Assembly: GCF_056712565.1 (NCBI RefSeq)
Contig: NZ_CM160072.1
Length of the DNA: 64,000 nt
Reading direction: 5' to 3' (one strand)
Position 1 is the stretch's first letter, and the number at the start of each line of letters is the position of its first letter. Below are positions 54,528-64,000 of this stretch, one piece after another. The position numbers and the translations under genes were made by a program. The notes beneath the pieces were generated by a model, which saw only the letters and a list, made by a program, of their open reading frames with translations, ran no database searches and was not told the origin of the DNA.

Positions 54528-55930
54528 GCACAAAATTTTATACCCTGCTGACGGATATTGGCGCGGCGAAACTCGCCAGCGCCGCCGCGCTCGGTGTGCC
54601 TTTAAAAATTACCCATATGGCGGTCGGCGATGGCGGCGGAACATTGCCAACGCCGGACGCCAAGCAGACAGCATTGGTAAATGAGAAACGCCGGGCTGCG
54701 CTGAATATGCTCTATATCGACCCGCAGAACAGCAGCCAGATTATTGCTGAACAGGTGATCCCTGAAAATGAGGGTGGTTGGTGGATACGTGAAGTGGGCC
54801 TGTTTGATGAGTCCGGGGTATTGATTGCCGTGGGAAACTGCCCGGAAAGCTATAAGCCGCAACTGGCTGAAGGCAGCGGGCGTACCCAGACCGTGCGCAT
54901 GGTGCTGATTACCAGCAGTACGGACAATATCACCCTGAAAATCGACCCTGCTGTAGTACTGGCAACTCGCAAGTATGTGGATGATAAGGCACTGGAGCTG
55001 AAGGTGTATGTGGATGACCAAATGGCAAAACACCTTGCCGCAGCGGACCCACATTCACAGTATGCGCCAAAAGCCAGCCCGATATTTACCGGAACCCCCA
55101 AAGCGCCGACGCCAGCGGCGGGGAATAATACCACGCAACTTGCGACCACCGCGTTTGTTCAGGCGGCACTGACGGCCCTTATTAATGGTGCGCCAGCCAC
55201 GCTGGACACGCTAAAAGAAATAGCCGCAGCCATTAACAATGATCCGAAATTCAGTACCACCATTAACAATGCGCTGGCACTGAAAGCGCCGCTGTCGAGT
55301 CCGGCACTCACCGGAACGCCAACAGCCCCTACTGCCGCACAGTCGGTTAACAATACACAGATTGCCACTACGGCTTTTGTGAAATCGGCGATTGCAGCAA
55401 TGGTGGGGTCTGCACCTGCGGCACTGGATACATTGAACGAACTGGCGGCGGCGCTGGGGAATGACCCGAACTTTGCCACGACAATGCTTAATGCGCTAGC
55501 AGGTAAACAACCGCTGGACAATACGCTGACTAATTTGAGTGGAAAGGATGTTGCTGGTCTTCTCGCATACCTTGGTTTAGGAGAAGCGGCGAAAAGGGAT
55601 GTGGGCACAGGAGATAATCAGATACCGGATATGTCTTTCTGGTCTTCCGCATCGGGTGGCGTTAATTTCCCTAATGGATTCCAGATGCGATTCGGTGCTA
55701 TCGCTGGTAATGGTGGAAAATTATTTTCTACGCCATTTACAAATCAGTGCTATGGCATTGTTTTCGGACAAACATATGGAGCCAACTACTGGATGTTCAG
55801 CCCGATGTACAGAGCATCTGATCTGAGTAATACCAGTTTTGCATTCATTAACAAAGCCTGGTCTGGAATTCCGGGGACAGGTGCTCAGGACGCTGGTGAA
55901 TCAGTTTTTTATATTGCAGTAGGGTATTAA
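54524..55930 (+). CDS. H: tail fibre protein (gpH-like); C-terminal part lies inside the invertible segment
   Basis: 468 aa; repeated motif TTQLATTAFV / NTQIATTAFV and PxLTGTPTAPT repeats; crossover site inside the gene at 55560–55585. Confidence 0.85.
   Translation: MSTKFYTLLTDIGAAKLASAAALGVPLKITHMAVGDGGGTLPTPDAKQTALVNEKRRAALNMLYIDPQNSSQIIAEQVIPENEGGWWIREVGLFDESGVLIAVGNCPESYKPQLAEGSGRTQTVRMVLITSSTDNITLKIDPAVVLATRKYVDDKALELKVYVDDQMAKHLAAADPHSQYAPKASPIFTGTPKAPTPAAGNNTTQLATTAFVQAALTALINGAPATLDTLKEIAAAINNDPKFSTTINNALALKAPLSSPALTGTPTAPTAAQSVNNTQIATTAFVKSAIAAMVGSAPAALDTLNELAAALGNDPNFATTMLNALAGKQPLDNTLTNLSGKDVAGLLAYLGLGEAAKRDVGTGDNQIPDMSFWSSASGGVNFPNGFQMRFGAIAGNGGKLFSTPFTNQCYGIVFGQTYGANYWMFSPMYRASDLSNTSFAFINKAWSGIPGTGAQDAGESVFYIAVGY
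55560..55585. promoter_or_regulatory. DNA invertase crossover site (left), within tail fibre gene
   Basis: TTCTCGCATACCTTGGTTTAGGAGAA; 21/26 identical to the reverse complement of the site at 57351–57376, 14 bp perfect. Confidence 0.6.
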
Positions 55931-55931
55931 T

Positions 55932-56375
55932 ATGGAAATGGTTTATAGCGCCTCAAATAATAGTTTTTTCGCTAAAAATGATGTGGCGAAATATGAACAG
56001 GCCGGATGGGAACTTGCTGATATTGTCGAAGTGACATATGACACTTACCTGGAATTTATTGAAGACAGAACGTTGCAAGGGAAAGTACGCATCGCGGGTG
56101 ATGATGGCCTTCCCACCTGGGGGGAAATTCCACCGCCAACTCATGAGGAACAAATTGCCGCAGCCGAACTGGAAAAGCAGCAATTGATTAATCAGGTCAA
56201 CGAATACATATACAGTAAGCAATGGCCTGGTAAAGCAGCGATTGGTCGCCTGAAAGGTGAGGAACTGGCGCAATATAATTTGTGGCTGGATTATCTGGAC
56301 GCACTGGAACTGGTTGATACCTCCAGTGCTCCAGATATTGAATGGCCTACGCCTCCGGCAGTTCAGGCCAGATGA
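55932..56375 (+). CDS. tail fibre assembly protein
   Basis: 147 aa; C-terminal LDYLDALELVDTSSAPDIEWP motif shared with the convergent paralog. Confidence 0.8.
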   Translation: MEMVYSASNNSFFAKNDVAKYEQAGWELADIVEVTYDTYLEFIEDRTLQGKVRIAGDDGLPTWGEIPPPTHEEQIAAAELEKQQLINQVNEYIYSKQWPGKAAIGRLKGEELAQYNLWLDYLDALELVDTSSAPDIEWPTPPAVQAR

Positions 56376-56949
56376 CGTCCGGCGCTGTGCTGGTATCTGT
56401 TGCCGTCACCGCATCAATGTAATCCAGCACAGCGTTAAGTCGGGTGTTTTCTGTCTGCGTCAGCTTCCGCCCGGCCTGCAATTTCAGTTGAATCAGACTA
56501 ATGGAAGCCATTGCAGTATCAATCAGTGACTGACGCTGTGCTTCTGCCGCGTCTAGTGTGGCGCTATGCTGTGCCTCAGTATCTGTCACCCATTTCTCAC
56601 CATCCCATTCATCGTATGGCGTTAACGGGGCGATAGTGGTTGTATTTTCAGGGTAATCACCTGGTGCTGTGATTTCTTTTGATTCTCCTGTTTCGGTGCT
56701 AAAAACGATTTCACCGCGATGGTCTGGCACATATTCCCATGAGTTAAAATCTGCAGAACGGCAGATTGCATAACCAGCTTTACATGTAACTGGTGAATCT
56801 AAACAGGAATATGCAGGGATACCGACACCAATGGCAAGATATTCATTTGAAGTAGAAATATATTCCCGAGTTTTACCATCATAGTTATAGACGGTAATAT
56901 TCCCCGCCTTCGTGGCAATAATCTCGCTATTTAATACGGCGTTATCCAT
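56347..56949 (-). CDS. tail fibre assembly protein (alternative, opposite orientation)
   Basis: 200 aa; C-terminal LDYIDAVTATDTSTAPDVIWP. Confidence 0.75.
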   Translation of the reverse strand: MDNAVLNSEIIATKAGNITVYNYDGKTREYISTSNEYLAIGVGIPAYSCLDSPVTCKAGYAICRSADFNSWEYVPDHRGEIVFSTETGESKEITAPGDYPENTTTIAPLTPYDEWDGEKWVTDTEAQHSATLDAAEAQRQSLIDTAMASISLIQLKLQAGRKLTQTENTRLNAVLDYIDAVTATDTSTAPDVIWPELPEA

Positions 56950-57404
56950 TATGCAGCCCTTACGATATAGTTAAATGCAATATTTCGTGGACGGGTTTCG
57001 CTTCCGCCATATGATGATGTAAATCCCGAATATGCCCGGTGTCCCGCATCCGTCGTATTAGCCCAGGAAGGACCGCTAGAAGTATAGATGACCCCATTGT
57101 AATCATGGCCGTGTGCCTCAATGCTCCCGTCCTGAGCAGACAGGAGAGTCCGTCCTGAATCAATTCCTCTTCCATCATCCCACCCACGAATGAATTCGCC
57201 GCGTAAATCTGGCAATTTATTTGTCGGATAAACTTTTGCCAGTTCCGGATACTCTTCGGCAGAAAAAGCTGCACCGTTGCATTTCAGCCAGCCTGTTGGC
57301 GGTGTGACTGAAGGCCACGGAACAGGCACACCTACGGGTAATGCAGAGCCTTCTCCTAAACCAACGTTTAAGAAAATGCAGCGATTACGACTAACTGGCA
57401 TCAT
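56949..57404 (-). CDS. alternative tail fibre C-terminal segment (silent in this orientation)
   Basis: 151 aa ORF whose 5' end contains the right crossover site and encodes VGLGEGS, matching YLGLGEAA at the left site in H. Confidence 0.65.
   Translation of the reverse strand: MMPVSRNRCIFLNVGLGEGSALPVGVPVPWPSVTPPTGWLKCNGAAFSAEEYPELAKVYPTNKLPDLRGEFIRGWDDGRGIDSGRTLLSAQDGSIEAHGHDYNGVIYTSSGPSWANTTDAGHRAYSGFTSSYGGSETRPRNIAFNYIVRAA
57351..57376. promoter_or_regulatory. DNA invertase crossover site (right)
   Basis: TTCTCCTAAACCAACGTTTAAGAAAA, imperfect dyad; inverted relative to 55560–55585. Confidence 0.6.
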
Positions 57405-57431
57405 CCCCGGTTTTTATTCAAGGAGATGATC

Positions 57432-57998
57432 ATGCTTATTGGCTATGTACGCGTGTCAACAAATGACCAGAACACCGATTTGCAACGTAGTGCGCTGAAC
57501 TGCGCGGGATGTGAGCGGATTTTTGAGGACAAAATCAGTGGCACTAAGTCCGACAGACCGGGGCTTAAAAAACTGCTCAGGACACTATCGGCAGGTGACA
57601 CACTGGTTGTCTGGAAGCTGGACAGGTTGGGGCGCAGTATGCGGCATCTTGTTACGCTGATAGAAGAGTTGCGCCAGCGCGGCGTGAATTTCCGAAGTCT
57701 GACTGACAGTATTGATACCAGTACCCCAATGGGCAGTTTCTTTTTTCATGTCATGGGTGCCCTGGCTGAAATGGAACGCGAACTGATAGTTGAACGTACC
57801 AGGGCAGGGCTGGCTGCAGCTCGTGCTAAAGGCAGAGTAGGTGGACGCCGTCCTAAGTTGACTACCGAACAGTGGGCACAGATTGGGCGTTTACTCGAGG
57901 CCGGAGAATCAAGACAGCGTATTGCACTGATTTTTGATGTAGGCGTTTCTACCATTTATAGAAAATTTCCGGCAAATAAGAGCAATGAATCTCCCTGA
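57432..57998 (+). CDS. serine recombinase, Hin/Gin/Pin-type DNA invertase
   Basis: About 188 aa; MLIGYVRVSTNDQNTDLQ with catalytic Ser, resolvase domain plus C-terminal HTH (VSTIYRKF). Confidence 0.9.
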   Translation: MLIGYVRVSTNDQNTDLQRSALNCAGCERIFEDKISGTKSDRPGLKKLLRTLSAGDTLVVWKLDRLGRSMRHLVTLIEELRQRGVNFRSLTDSIDTSTPMGSFFFHVMGALAEMERELIVERTRAGLAAARAKGRVGGRRPKLTTEQWAQIGRLLEAGESRQRIALIFDVGVSTIYRKFPANKSNESP

Positions 57999-58046
57999 AT
58001 CAGCTTTATTTTGATTATCCCTGAAAGCAGACAAATACCGTCATTT

Positions 58047-58064
58047 TGTGTGAATAACGGTACA
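58047..58064 (+). promoter_or_regulatory. late promoter activator site (TGT-N12-ACA) upstream of the sheath gene
   Basis: TGTgtgaataacggtACA centred about 85 bp upstream of the FI start; CAGGAGG RBS at 58125. Confidence 0.5.
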
Positions 58065-58140
58065 ACTGCGCTTAGCTGTTTGTCAGGCACAATCACTTCA
58101 ACATAGGGCGAAGCCTAATCCAATCAGGAGGTTCGCCACT

Positions 58141-59313
58141 ATGGCTCAGGATTACCACCACGGAGTGCGCGTTGTTGAAGTCAACGAAGGCACCCGATCC
58201 ATTACCACGGTGAGCACCGCCATCGTGGGTATGGTCTGCACGGGCGATGATGCCGATGCAAAAATGTTTCCTCTTAATAAACCCGTGCTGATCACTGATG
58301 TGCTGACTGCCAGCGGTAAAGCGGGCGAGTCCGGTACGCTGGCCCGTTCGCTGGATGCCATCGCTGACCAGGCAAAACCCGTGACCGTTGTTGTGCGTGT
58401 GCCGCAGGGTGAAACGGAAGAAGAAACCACGACCAATATCATCGGCGCAGTGACTGCTGAAGGTAAAAAAACAGGCATGAAAGCCCTGTTATCTGCCCAG
58501 TCACAGCTCGGCGTTAAACCGCGCATTCTCGGCGTGCCAGGTCACGACACGAAGGCGGTAGCTACTGAGTTGCTGAGCGTGGCGCAAAGCCTGCGTGGAT
58601 TTGCTTACCTGTCAGCGTATGGTTGCAAGACGGTGCAGGAAGCAATCACTTACCGTGAAAACTTCAGTCAGCGTGAAGGAATGCTGATCTGGCCCGACTT
58701 TACTGGCTGGGACACGGTGCTGAATGCCGAAGCAACGGCTTATGCCACCGCCCGTGCGCTTGGTCTGCGCGCCAAAATTGACGAGCAGACCGGATGGCAC
58801 AAAAGCCTGTCCAACGTAGGCGTTAACGGTGTCACCGGAATTTCTGCTGATGTGTTCTGGGATCTGCAGGACCCGGCAAGCGATGCGGGACTGCTGAACC
58901 AGAACGACGTCACCACCCTTATCCGCAAAGACGGTTTTCGCTTCTGGGGTTCCCGCTGCCTGAGTGATGACCCGCTCTTTGCCTTCGAAAACTACACCCG
59001 CACGGCGCAGGTGCTGACGGACACAATGGCAGAAGCGCACATGTGGGCAGTGGACAAACCGCTGAACCCGTCGCTGGCGCGCGACATTATCGAGGGCATC
59101 CGCGCCAAAATGCGCAGCCTGGTCAGTCAGGGGTATCTCATTGGTGGTGATTGCTGGCTGGATGAGTCGGTGAACGACAAAGACACTCTGAAAGCCGGAA
59201 AACTCACCATCGACTACGACTACACGCCAGTGCCGCCACTTGAAAACCTGATGTTGCGTCAGCGCATCACCGATCAGTACCTGGTGAATTTCGCCAGCCA
59301 GGTCAGCGCGTAA
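58141..59313 (+). CDS. FI: contractile tail sheath protein (P2 gpFI-like)
   Basis: 390 aa; size and position before the tube gene. Confidence 0.88.
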   Translation: MAQDYHHGVRVVEVNEGTRSITTVSTAIVGMVCTGDDADAKMFPLNKPVLITDVLTASGKAGESGTLARSLDAIADQAKPVTVVVRVPQGETEEETTTNIIGAVTAEGKKTGMKALLSAQSQLGVKPRILGVPGHDTKAVATELLSVAQSLRGFAYLSAYGCKTVQEAITYRENFSQREGMLIWPDFTGWDTVLNAEATAYATARALGLRAKIDEQTGWHKSLSNVGVNGVTGISADVFWDLQDPASDAGLLNQNDVTTLIRKDGFRFWGSRCLSDDPLFAFENYTRTAQVLTDTMAEAHMWAVDKPLNPSLARDIIEGIRAKMRSLVSQGYLIGGDCWLDESVNDKDTLKAGKLTIDYDYTPVPPLENLMLRQRITDQYLVNFASQVSA

Positions 59314-59322
59314 GGGGACAAC

Positions 59323-59838
59323 ATGGCTTTACCACGCAAATTAAAACACCTGAACCTGTTTAACGACGGGAACAACTGGCAGGGGATCGTTGAGTCGCTG
59401 ACGCTGCCGAAATTCACCCGCAAATATGAGAAGTATCGCGGCGGCGGAATGCCGGGGGCAGTGGATGTGGATCTGGGGCTTGATGACAGTGCGCTGGACA
59501 CAGAATTTTCCATTGGTGGTACTGAACTGCTGCTGTTTAAGCAGATAGGCAAAGCCACGGTGGATGGCATCCAGTTGCGCTTTACCGGCTCTATCCAGCG
59601 TGACGATACCGGGGAAGTGCAGGCCGTGGAGCTTGTGGTGCGTGGACGTCACAAAGAAGTGGATTCCGGTGAGTGGAAGACGGGCGAAAGCAACACCACC
59701 AAAGTGACCAGTACCAACAGCTACGCGAAGCTGACCATCAATGGTGAGGTGCTCTATGAAGTGGACCTTATCAACATGGTGGAAATTGTGGACGGTGTGG
59801 ACCTGATGGAAGCGCACCGCAACGCTCTCGGCCTCTGA
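59323..59838 (+). CDS. FII: tail tube protein (P2 gpFII-like)
   Basis: 171 aa. Confidence 0.88.
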   Translation: MALPRKLKHLNLFNDGNNWQGIVESLTLPKFTRKYEKYRGGGMPGAVDVDLGLDDSALDTEFSIGGTELLLFKQIGKATVDGIQLRFTGSIQRDDTGEVQAVELVVRGRHKEVDSGEWKTGESNTTKVTSTNSYAKLTINGEVLYEVDLINMVEIVDGVDLMEAHRNALGL

Positions 59839-59892
59839 TGTATCTGAACGGCGCGGAATGCCGCGCCAGAACCCAATTTACAGGACAACAAA

Positions 59893-60195
59893 ATGAGCGA
59901 TAAGCAGACTGAAAAGACCATTCAACTGGATACCCCTATCAAGCGCGGTAAAACAGAAATTACCGAAATTGTGCTGCGTAAACCGCAGTCCGGTGCGCTG
60001 CGCGGTACACGCCTGCAGGCCATTATGGATATGGATGTGAACGCGATGATGACCGTGATCCCCCGCATCTCCAGTCCGGCACTGACTGCACAGGAAATTG
60101 CAGAGATGGACCCGGCAGATCTCACTGCCATGTCGGTTGAGGTTGTCACTTTTTTGTTGAAGAAGTCGGTGCTTGCCGGTTTACCGACAGCCTGA
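59893..60195 (+). CDS. E: tail assembly chaperone (gpE-like)
   Basis: 100 aa; contains slippery site near its 3' end. Confidence 0.8.
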   Translation: MSDKQTEKTIQLDTPIKRGKTEITEIVLRKPQSGALRGTRLQAIMDMDVNAMMTVIPRISSPALTAQEIAEMDPADLTAMSVEVVTFLLKKSVLAGLPTA

Positions 60196-60328
60196 CGGTT
60201 GACGATCTGGTGGCTGATATCGCCACCATCTTTCACTGGCCGCCATCCGTTACTGACGTTATGGCGCTGACCGAAGTGCTGGAATGGCGGTATAAAGCGA
60301 TTCAGAGAAGCGGGGCCAACGATGAGTG
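59893..60328 (+). CDS. gpE+E' -1 frameshift product (tail chaperone extension)
   Basis: Slippery heptamer T_TTT_TTG at 60150–60156; the -1 frame stays open to a TGA at 60326–60328, overlapping the tape-measure start at 60322. Confidence 0.6.
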
Positions 60329-63300
60329 ATAATAACCTGCGCCTGCAGGTCATTCTTAATGCGGTTGACAAACTCACCCGCCCATTCCGTGCTGCACAGG
60401 CCAGTTCGAAAGAGCTGGCTGGCGCAATTCAGAATACCCGAAACAGCCTCAAAGAACTGAATAAGCAGGCTGGCAGAATTGATGAATTTCGCAAGACGCG
60501 CTCGCAACTAGCCATAACAGCCAACAACCTGAACGCAGCCCGCGAAGAGGCGGCAAAACTCGCCACACAATTTGCTGCCACTAACAGGCCAACCGCCGCG
60601 CAGGCAAAGTTATTCAGTCAGGCCAAAACACGAGTACAGGAACTTCAGCAGACCTATAACGGCTTGTTGGGGGCGGTCCAAAGACAACGTCAGGCACTTA
60701 AAGAATCAGGGATTGATACCAGACAACTCAGTAGTGCCCAGCGAGAACTTAAGAAAAATGCTGAAGAAACAAGGCAGGCACTGGAGGGTCAGCAAAAAGC
60801 ACTTAAACGTCTGGGTGAACAACAGGCACGGATGAACGCTGCCAGAGAACAATACTCAAGACGGCTTGAAGTGCGCGATCGCATCGCAGGAGCCGGAGCC
60901 ACTACCACGGCTGCAGGGCTGGCAATGGGTGCGCCAGTGATGGCGGCAGTAAAAAGCTATACCAGCATGGAAGATGCCATGAAAGGTGTGGCAAAGCAGG
61001 TCAATGGTCTGCGTGACGATAATGGCAACCGCACTGTACGTTTTTATGAAATGCAGGATGCCATCAAGGCTGCCAGCGAACAGTTGCCGATGGAAAACGG
61101 TGCGGTGGACTTCGCTGCACTGGTTGAAGGTGGTGCGCGCATGAACGTCGCAAACCCTGACGACAGCTGGGAAGACCAGAAACGTGACCTGCTGGCCTTC
61201 GCCAGTACGGCAGCAAAGGCGGCAACAGCCTTTGAGCTGCCAGCGGATGAACTGTCAGAAAGTCTGGGGAAAATCGCCCAGCTCTACAAAATACCTACCC
61301 GCAATATTGAACAGCTCGGCGATGCACTGAACTATCTGGATGATAACGCCATGTCGAAAGGGGCGGACATCATTGATGTGATGCAACGTCTGGGCGGTGT
61401 GGCTGACCGTCTGGATTATCGTAAAGCGGCGGCACTGGGTTCCACCTTTCTGACACTGGGCGCTGCGCCGGAGGTTGCAGCCAGTGCAGCAAACGCGATG
61501 GTGCGTGAATTGTCCATTGCCACCATGCAAAGCAAGAGTTTCTTTGAAGGGATGAATCTGCTGAAACTCAATCCTGAAGTGATTGAAAAGCAGATGACGA
61601 AGGATGCGATGGGAACTATCCAGCGTGTGCTGGAGAAGGTGAACGCACTGCCGCAGGACAAGCGTCTGTCTGCCATGACCATGTTGTTTGGTAAAGAGTT
61701 TGGTGATGACGCGGCGAAACTGGCAAACAACCTTCCGGAACTGCAGCGCCAGCTAAAACTGACAGCGGGCAATGATGCGCTCGCTTCCATGCAGAAAGAA
61801 TCCGACATTAACAAGGACTCACTTTCTGCGCAGTGGTTGCTGATCAAAACCGGAGCGCAGAACACCTTCAGCAGCCTGGGCGAGACGCTGCGCCAGCCGC
61901 TGATGGATATTCTGTACACGGTGAAAAGCATCACGGGGGCGTTGCGCCGCTGGGTGGAAGCTAACCCGGGACTGACAGGCACACTGATGAAAGTAGCCGC
62001 TGTGGTGGCTGCGGTTACCGTAGGCCTCGGCACCTTAGCGGTAGCGCTGGCTGCAGTGCTGGGGCCGCTGGCAGTGATCCGTCTGGGATTCTCTGTGCTG
62101 GGTATCAAAACGTTACCTTCCGTTACGGCAGCAGTAACTCGAACCAGCAGCGCGTTGTCCTGGCTGGCTGGCGCACCACTGGCACAGCTGCGACGCGGGC
62201 TTGCTTCATCGGGCAACGCCGCGGGTTTACTTACTGCGCCGTTGTCGTCTTTGCGCCGCACGGCATCACTGACGGGAAATGTCCTGAAAACTGTAGCAGG
62301 TGCGCCGGTTGCACTGTTGCGGTCTGGATTATCCGGTTTACGTGCGGTTGCTGTGATGTTTATGAATCCACTGGCAGCACTACGCGGTGGACTGACCGCC
62401 GCAGGCGCGGTGCTGCGAGTACTGGCATCTGGTCCACTGGCGATGTTGCGCGTTGCCCTGTATGCCGTATCTGGTCTGTTAGGTGCTCTGCTTAGTCCAA
62501 TAGGTCTTGTGGTTACAGCACTGGCGGGTGTGGCACTGGTTGTCTGGAAATACTGGCAACCCATCACCGCATTTCTCGGTGGCGTGGTGGAAGGATTCAA
62601 AGCAGCGGCTGGTCCCGTCAGTGCCGCATTCGAACCACTTAAGCCTGTGTTCCAGTGGATTGGCGACAAAGTGCAGGCGTTGTGGGGCTGGTTTACTGAT
62701 CTGCTGACGCCCGTTAAGTCGACCTCTGCTGAACTGCAGAGCGCAGCGGCAATGGGGCAACGATTCGGGGAGGCACTGGCGGAAGGACTGAATATGGTCA
62801 TGCATCCGCTGGACTCCCTGAAATCCGGCGTATCCTGGTTGCTGGAAAAACTCGGCATTGTCAGTAAAGAGGCCGCAAAGGCAAAACTGCCGGAACGCGT
62901 GACGCGTCAGCAACCTGCGACGGTGAATGCAGACGGCAAAGTGATGATGCCATCGGGTGGTTTTCCGTCATGGGGATATGGCTTTGCGGGGATGTATGAC
63001 AGCGGCGGCTATATCCCGCGCGGGCAGTTTGGCATCGTCGGTGAAAACGGGCCGGAAATTGTTAACGGCCCGGCAAATGTGACCAGCCGGAAAAATACCG
63101 CTGCACTGGCTGCTGTTGTTGCCGGAATGATGGGCGTTGCTGCCGCGCCTGCAGAGCTTCCACCGTTACATCCTTTGGCACTTCCCGCGAAAGGCGGCGA
63201 AGCGATGGTGAGTCGTGCAGCCACTGTGCCGCCCGTTCAACGGATTGAGGCACCGACGCAGATCATCATTCAGACGCAGCCAGGACAAAGTGCGCAGGAT

Positions 63301-63399
63301 ATTGCGCGGGAGGTGGCCCGTCAGCTTGATGAACGTGAACGCAGGCTGAAGGCAAAAGCCAGGAGTAACTACAGCGATCAGGGGGGATACGACGCATGA
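60322..63399 (+). CDS. T: tail tape measure protein (gpT-like)
   Basis: 1025 aa; coiled-coil N-terminus, Gly/Ala-rich hydrophobic central segments. Confidence 0.9.
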   Translation: MSDNNLRLQVILNAVDKLTRPFRAAQASSKELAGAIQNTRNSLKELNKQAGRIDEFRKTRSQLAITANNLNAAREEAAKLATQFAATNRPTAAQAKLFSQAKTRVQELQQTYNGLLGAVQRQRQALKESGIDTRQLSSAQRELKKNAEETRQALEGQQKALKRLGEQQARMNAAREQYSRRLEVRDRIAGAGATTTAAGLAMGAPVMAAVKSYTSMEDAMKGVAKQVNGLRDDNGNRTVRFYEMQDAIKAASEQLPMENGAVDFAALVEGGARMNVANPDDSWEDQKRDLLAFASTAAKAATAFELPADELSESLGKIAQLYKIPTRNIEQLGDALNYLDDNAMSKGADIIDVMQRLGGVADRLDYRKAAALGSTFLTLGAAPEVAASAANAMVRELSIATMQSKSFFEGMNLLKLNPEVIEKQMTKDAMGTIQRVLEKVNALPQDKRLSAMTMLFGKEFGDDAAKLANNLPELQRQLKLTAGNDALASMQKESDINKDSLSAQWLLIKTGAQNTFSSLGETLRQPLMDILYTVKSITGALRRWVEANPGLTGTLMKVAAVVAAVTVGLGTLAVALAAVLGPLAVIRLGFSVLGIKTLPSVTAAVTRTSSALSWLAGAPLAQLRRGLASSGNAAGLLTAPLSSLRRTASLTGNVLKTVAGAPVALLRSGLSGLRAVAVMFMNPLAALRGGLTAAGAVLRVLASGPLAMLRVALYAVSGLLGALLSPIGLVVTALAGVALVVWKYWQPITAFLGGVVEGFKAAAGPVSAAFEPLKPVFQWIGDKVQALWGWFTDLLTPVKSTSAELQSAAAMGQRFGEALAEGLNMVMHPLDSLKSGVSWLLEKLGIVSKEAAKAKLPERVTRQQPATVNADGKVMMPSGGFPSWGYGFAGMYDSGGYIPRGQFGIVGENGPEIVNGPANVTSRKNTAALAAVVAGMMGVAAAPAELPPLHPLALPAKGGEAMVSRAATVPPVQRIEAPTQIIIQTQPGQSAQDIAREVARQLDERERRLKAKARSNYSDQGGYDA

Positions 63400-63881
63400 T
63401 GATGGTGCTGGGATTGTACGTGTTTATGCTGCGCACCGTGCCGTATCAGGAGCTGCAGTATCAACGCAGCTGGCGACATGCGGCAAACAGCAGGGTAAAC
63501 CGTCGTCCGTCCACGCAGTTTCTGGGACCGGAAAACGACATGCTGACGCTTTCCGGTGTTCTTATGCCGGAGATAACAGGCGGCAGGCTGTCGTTACTGG
63601 CACTGGAGCAGATGGCAGAACAGGGGAAAGCATGGCCCCTGATTGAAGGAAGCGGCACGATTTACGGCATGTATGTGATTGAGGGACTGAATCAGACTAA
63701 AACGGAGTTTTTCCGCGACGGTATGCCGCGCCGGATTGAGTTCACCCTGTCGCTAAAACGGGTGGATGAATCCCTGTCCGATATGTTCGGTGATCTCAGT
63801 ACTCAACTGAATAATCTGCAGGACACGGCAACGTCTGCTTTAAGCGATATCAGTAAAACGGTTGGAGGGCTGCTGTCGTGA
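63396..63881 (+). CDS. U: tail protein (gpU-like)
   Basis: 161 aa; follows T with overlapping start. Confidence 0.85.
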   Translation: MMMVLGLYVFMLRTVPYQELQYQRSWRHAANSRVNRRPSTQFLGPENDMLTLSGVLMPEITGGRLSLLALEQMAEQGKAWPLIEGSGTIYGMYVIEGLNQTKTEFFRDGMPRRIEFTLSLKRVDESLSDMFGDLSTQLNNLQDTATSALSDISKTVGGLLS

Positions 63882-64000
63882 ATTTCAGCTCTGAACTGCT
63901 TAACAAAAGCAACAAAACTCCGGCATTCAGCATCAGTATTGCAGGCAAGGATATCACCACTGTGCTGGACAACCGCCTGATGGGGCTTACGCTGACGGAT
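63878..64000 (+). CDS. D: tail protein gpD-like, partial (continues beyond window)
   Basis: ORF opens at GTG overlapping the U stop (VNFSSELLNKSNKTPAF...) and runs to the window edge. Confidence 0.6.
   Translation, partial: MNFSSELLNKSNKTPAFSISIAGKDITTVLDNRLMGLTLTD

Larger units (their letters stand above)
31580..64000. mobile_element. P2/186-family (peduovirus-like) prophage; right end lies beyond the window
   Basis: Integrase directly after rcdA, then repressor/Apl/CII, replication gene A, portal, terminase, lysis and tail genes in P2/186 order; three AT-rich cargo segments. Confidence 0.9.

Noticed and set aside
61416-62858. 480-aa minus-strand ORF
   Set aside because: Antisense to the tape-measure gene in a GC- and Ala-rich repetitive region; Ser/Ala/Pro-rich low-complexity translation; shadow ORF.

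Overview
The window is an Escherichia coli K-12-like chromosomal segment (ldtB/ybiS through rcdA/ybjK, about 1–31.6 kb) followed by a P2/186-family (peduovirus-like) prophage that starts just downstream of rcdA and runs past the window end. All gene identities are from reading the supplied translations against remembered family features; no database search was run. Host genes recognised: ybiT, ybiV, ybiW, ybiY, fsaA, moeB, moeA, iaaA, gsiABCD, pdeI, dgcI, rimO, bssR, yliI, gstB, dacC, deoR, ybjG, mdfA, ybjH, ybjI, ybjJ, rcdA. The prophage has a tyrosine integrase, a 186-type immunity region (CI-like repressor, Apl/Cox-like and CII-like genes), a Dam-like methyltransferase, replication gene A, a LexA-box-controlled DinI-like module, portal, terminase, a lysis cassette and a full contractile-tail gene set ending in a partial gpD. 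The most interesting content is AT-rich cargo at variable loci. (1) A bare trypsin-like serine protease translationally coupled to a small tail-anchored membrane protein sits between a cos-like site and the portal gene; this is my top candidate for an undescribed defence or abortive-infection module. (2) A single-gene OLD-family ATPase–TOPRIM nuclease sits between tail genes S and V, followed by a (CTAACCT)x6.9 tandem repeat. (3) A secreted 141-aa protein lies on the opposite strand near the SOS module. Other notable points: an apparent in-frame scaffold–capsid (gpO–gpN) fusion suggesting a head-defective prophage, a Hin/Gin-type tail-fibre inversion switch, and the conserved E/E+E' -1 frameshift site.
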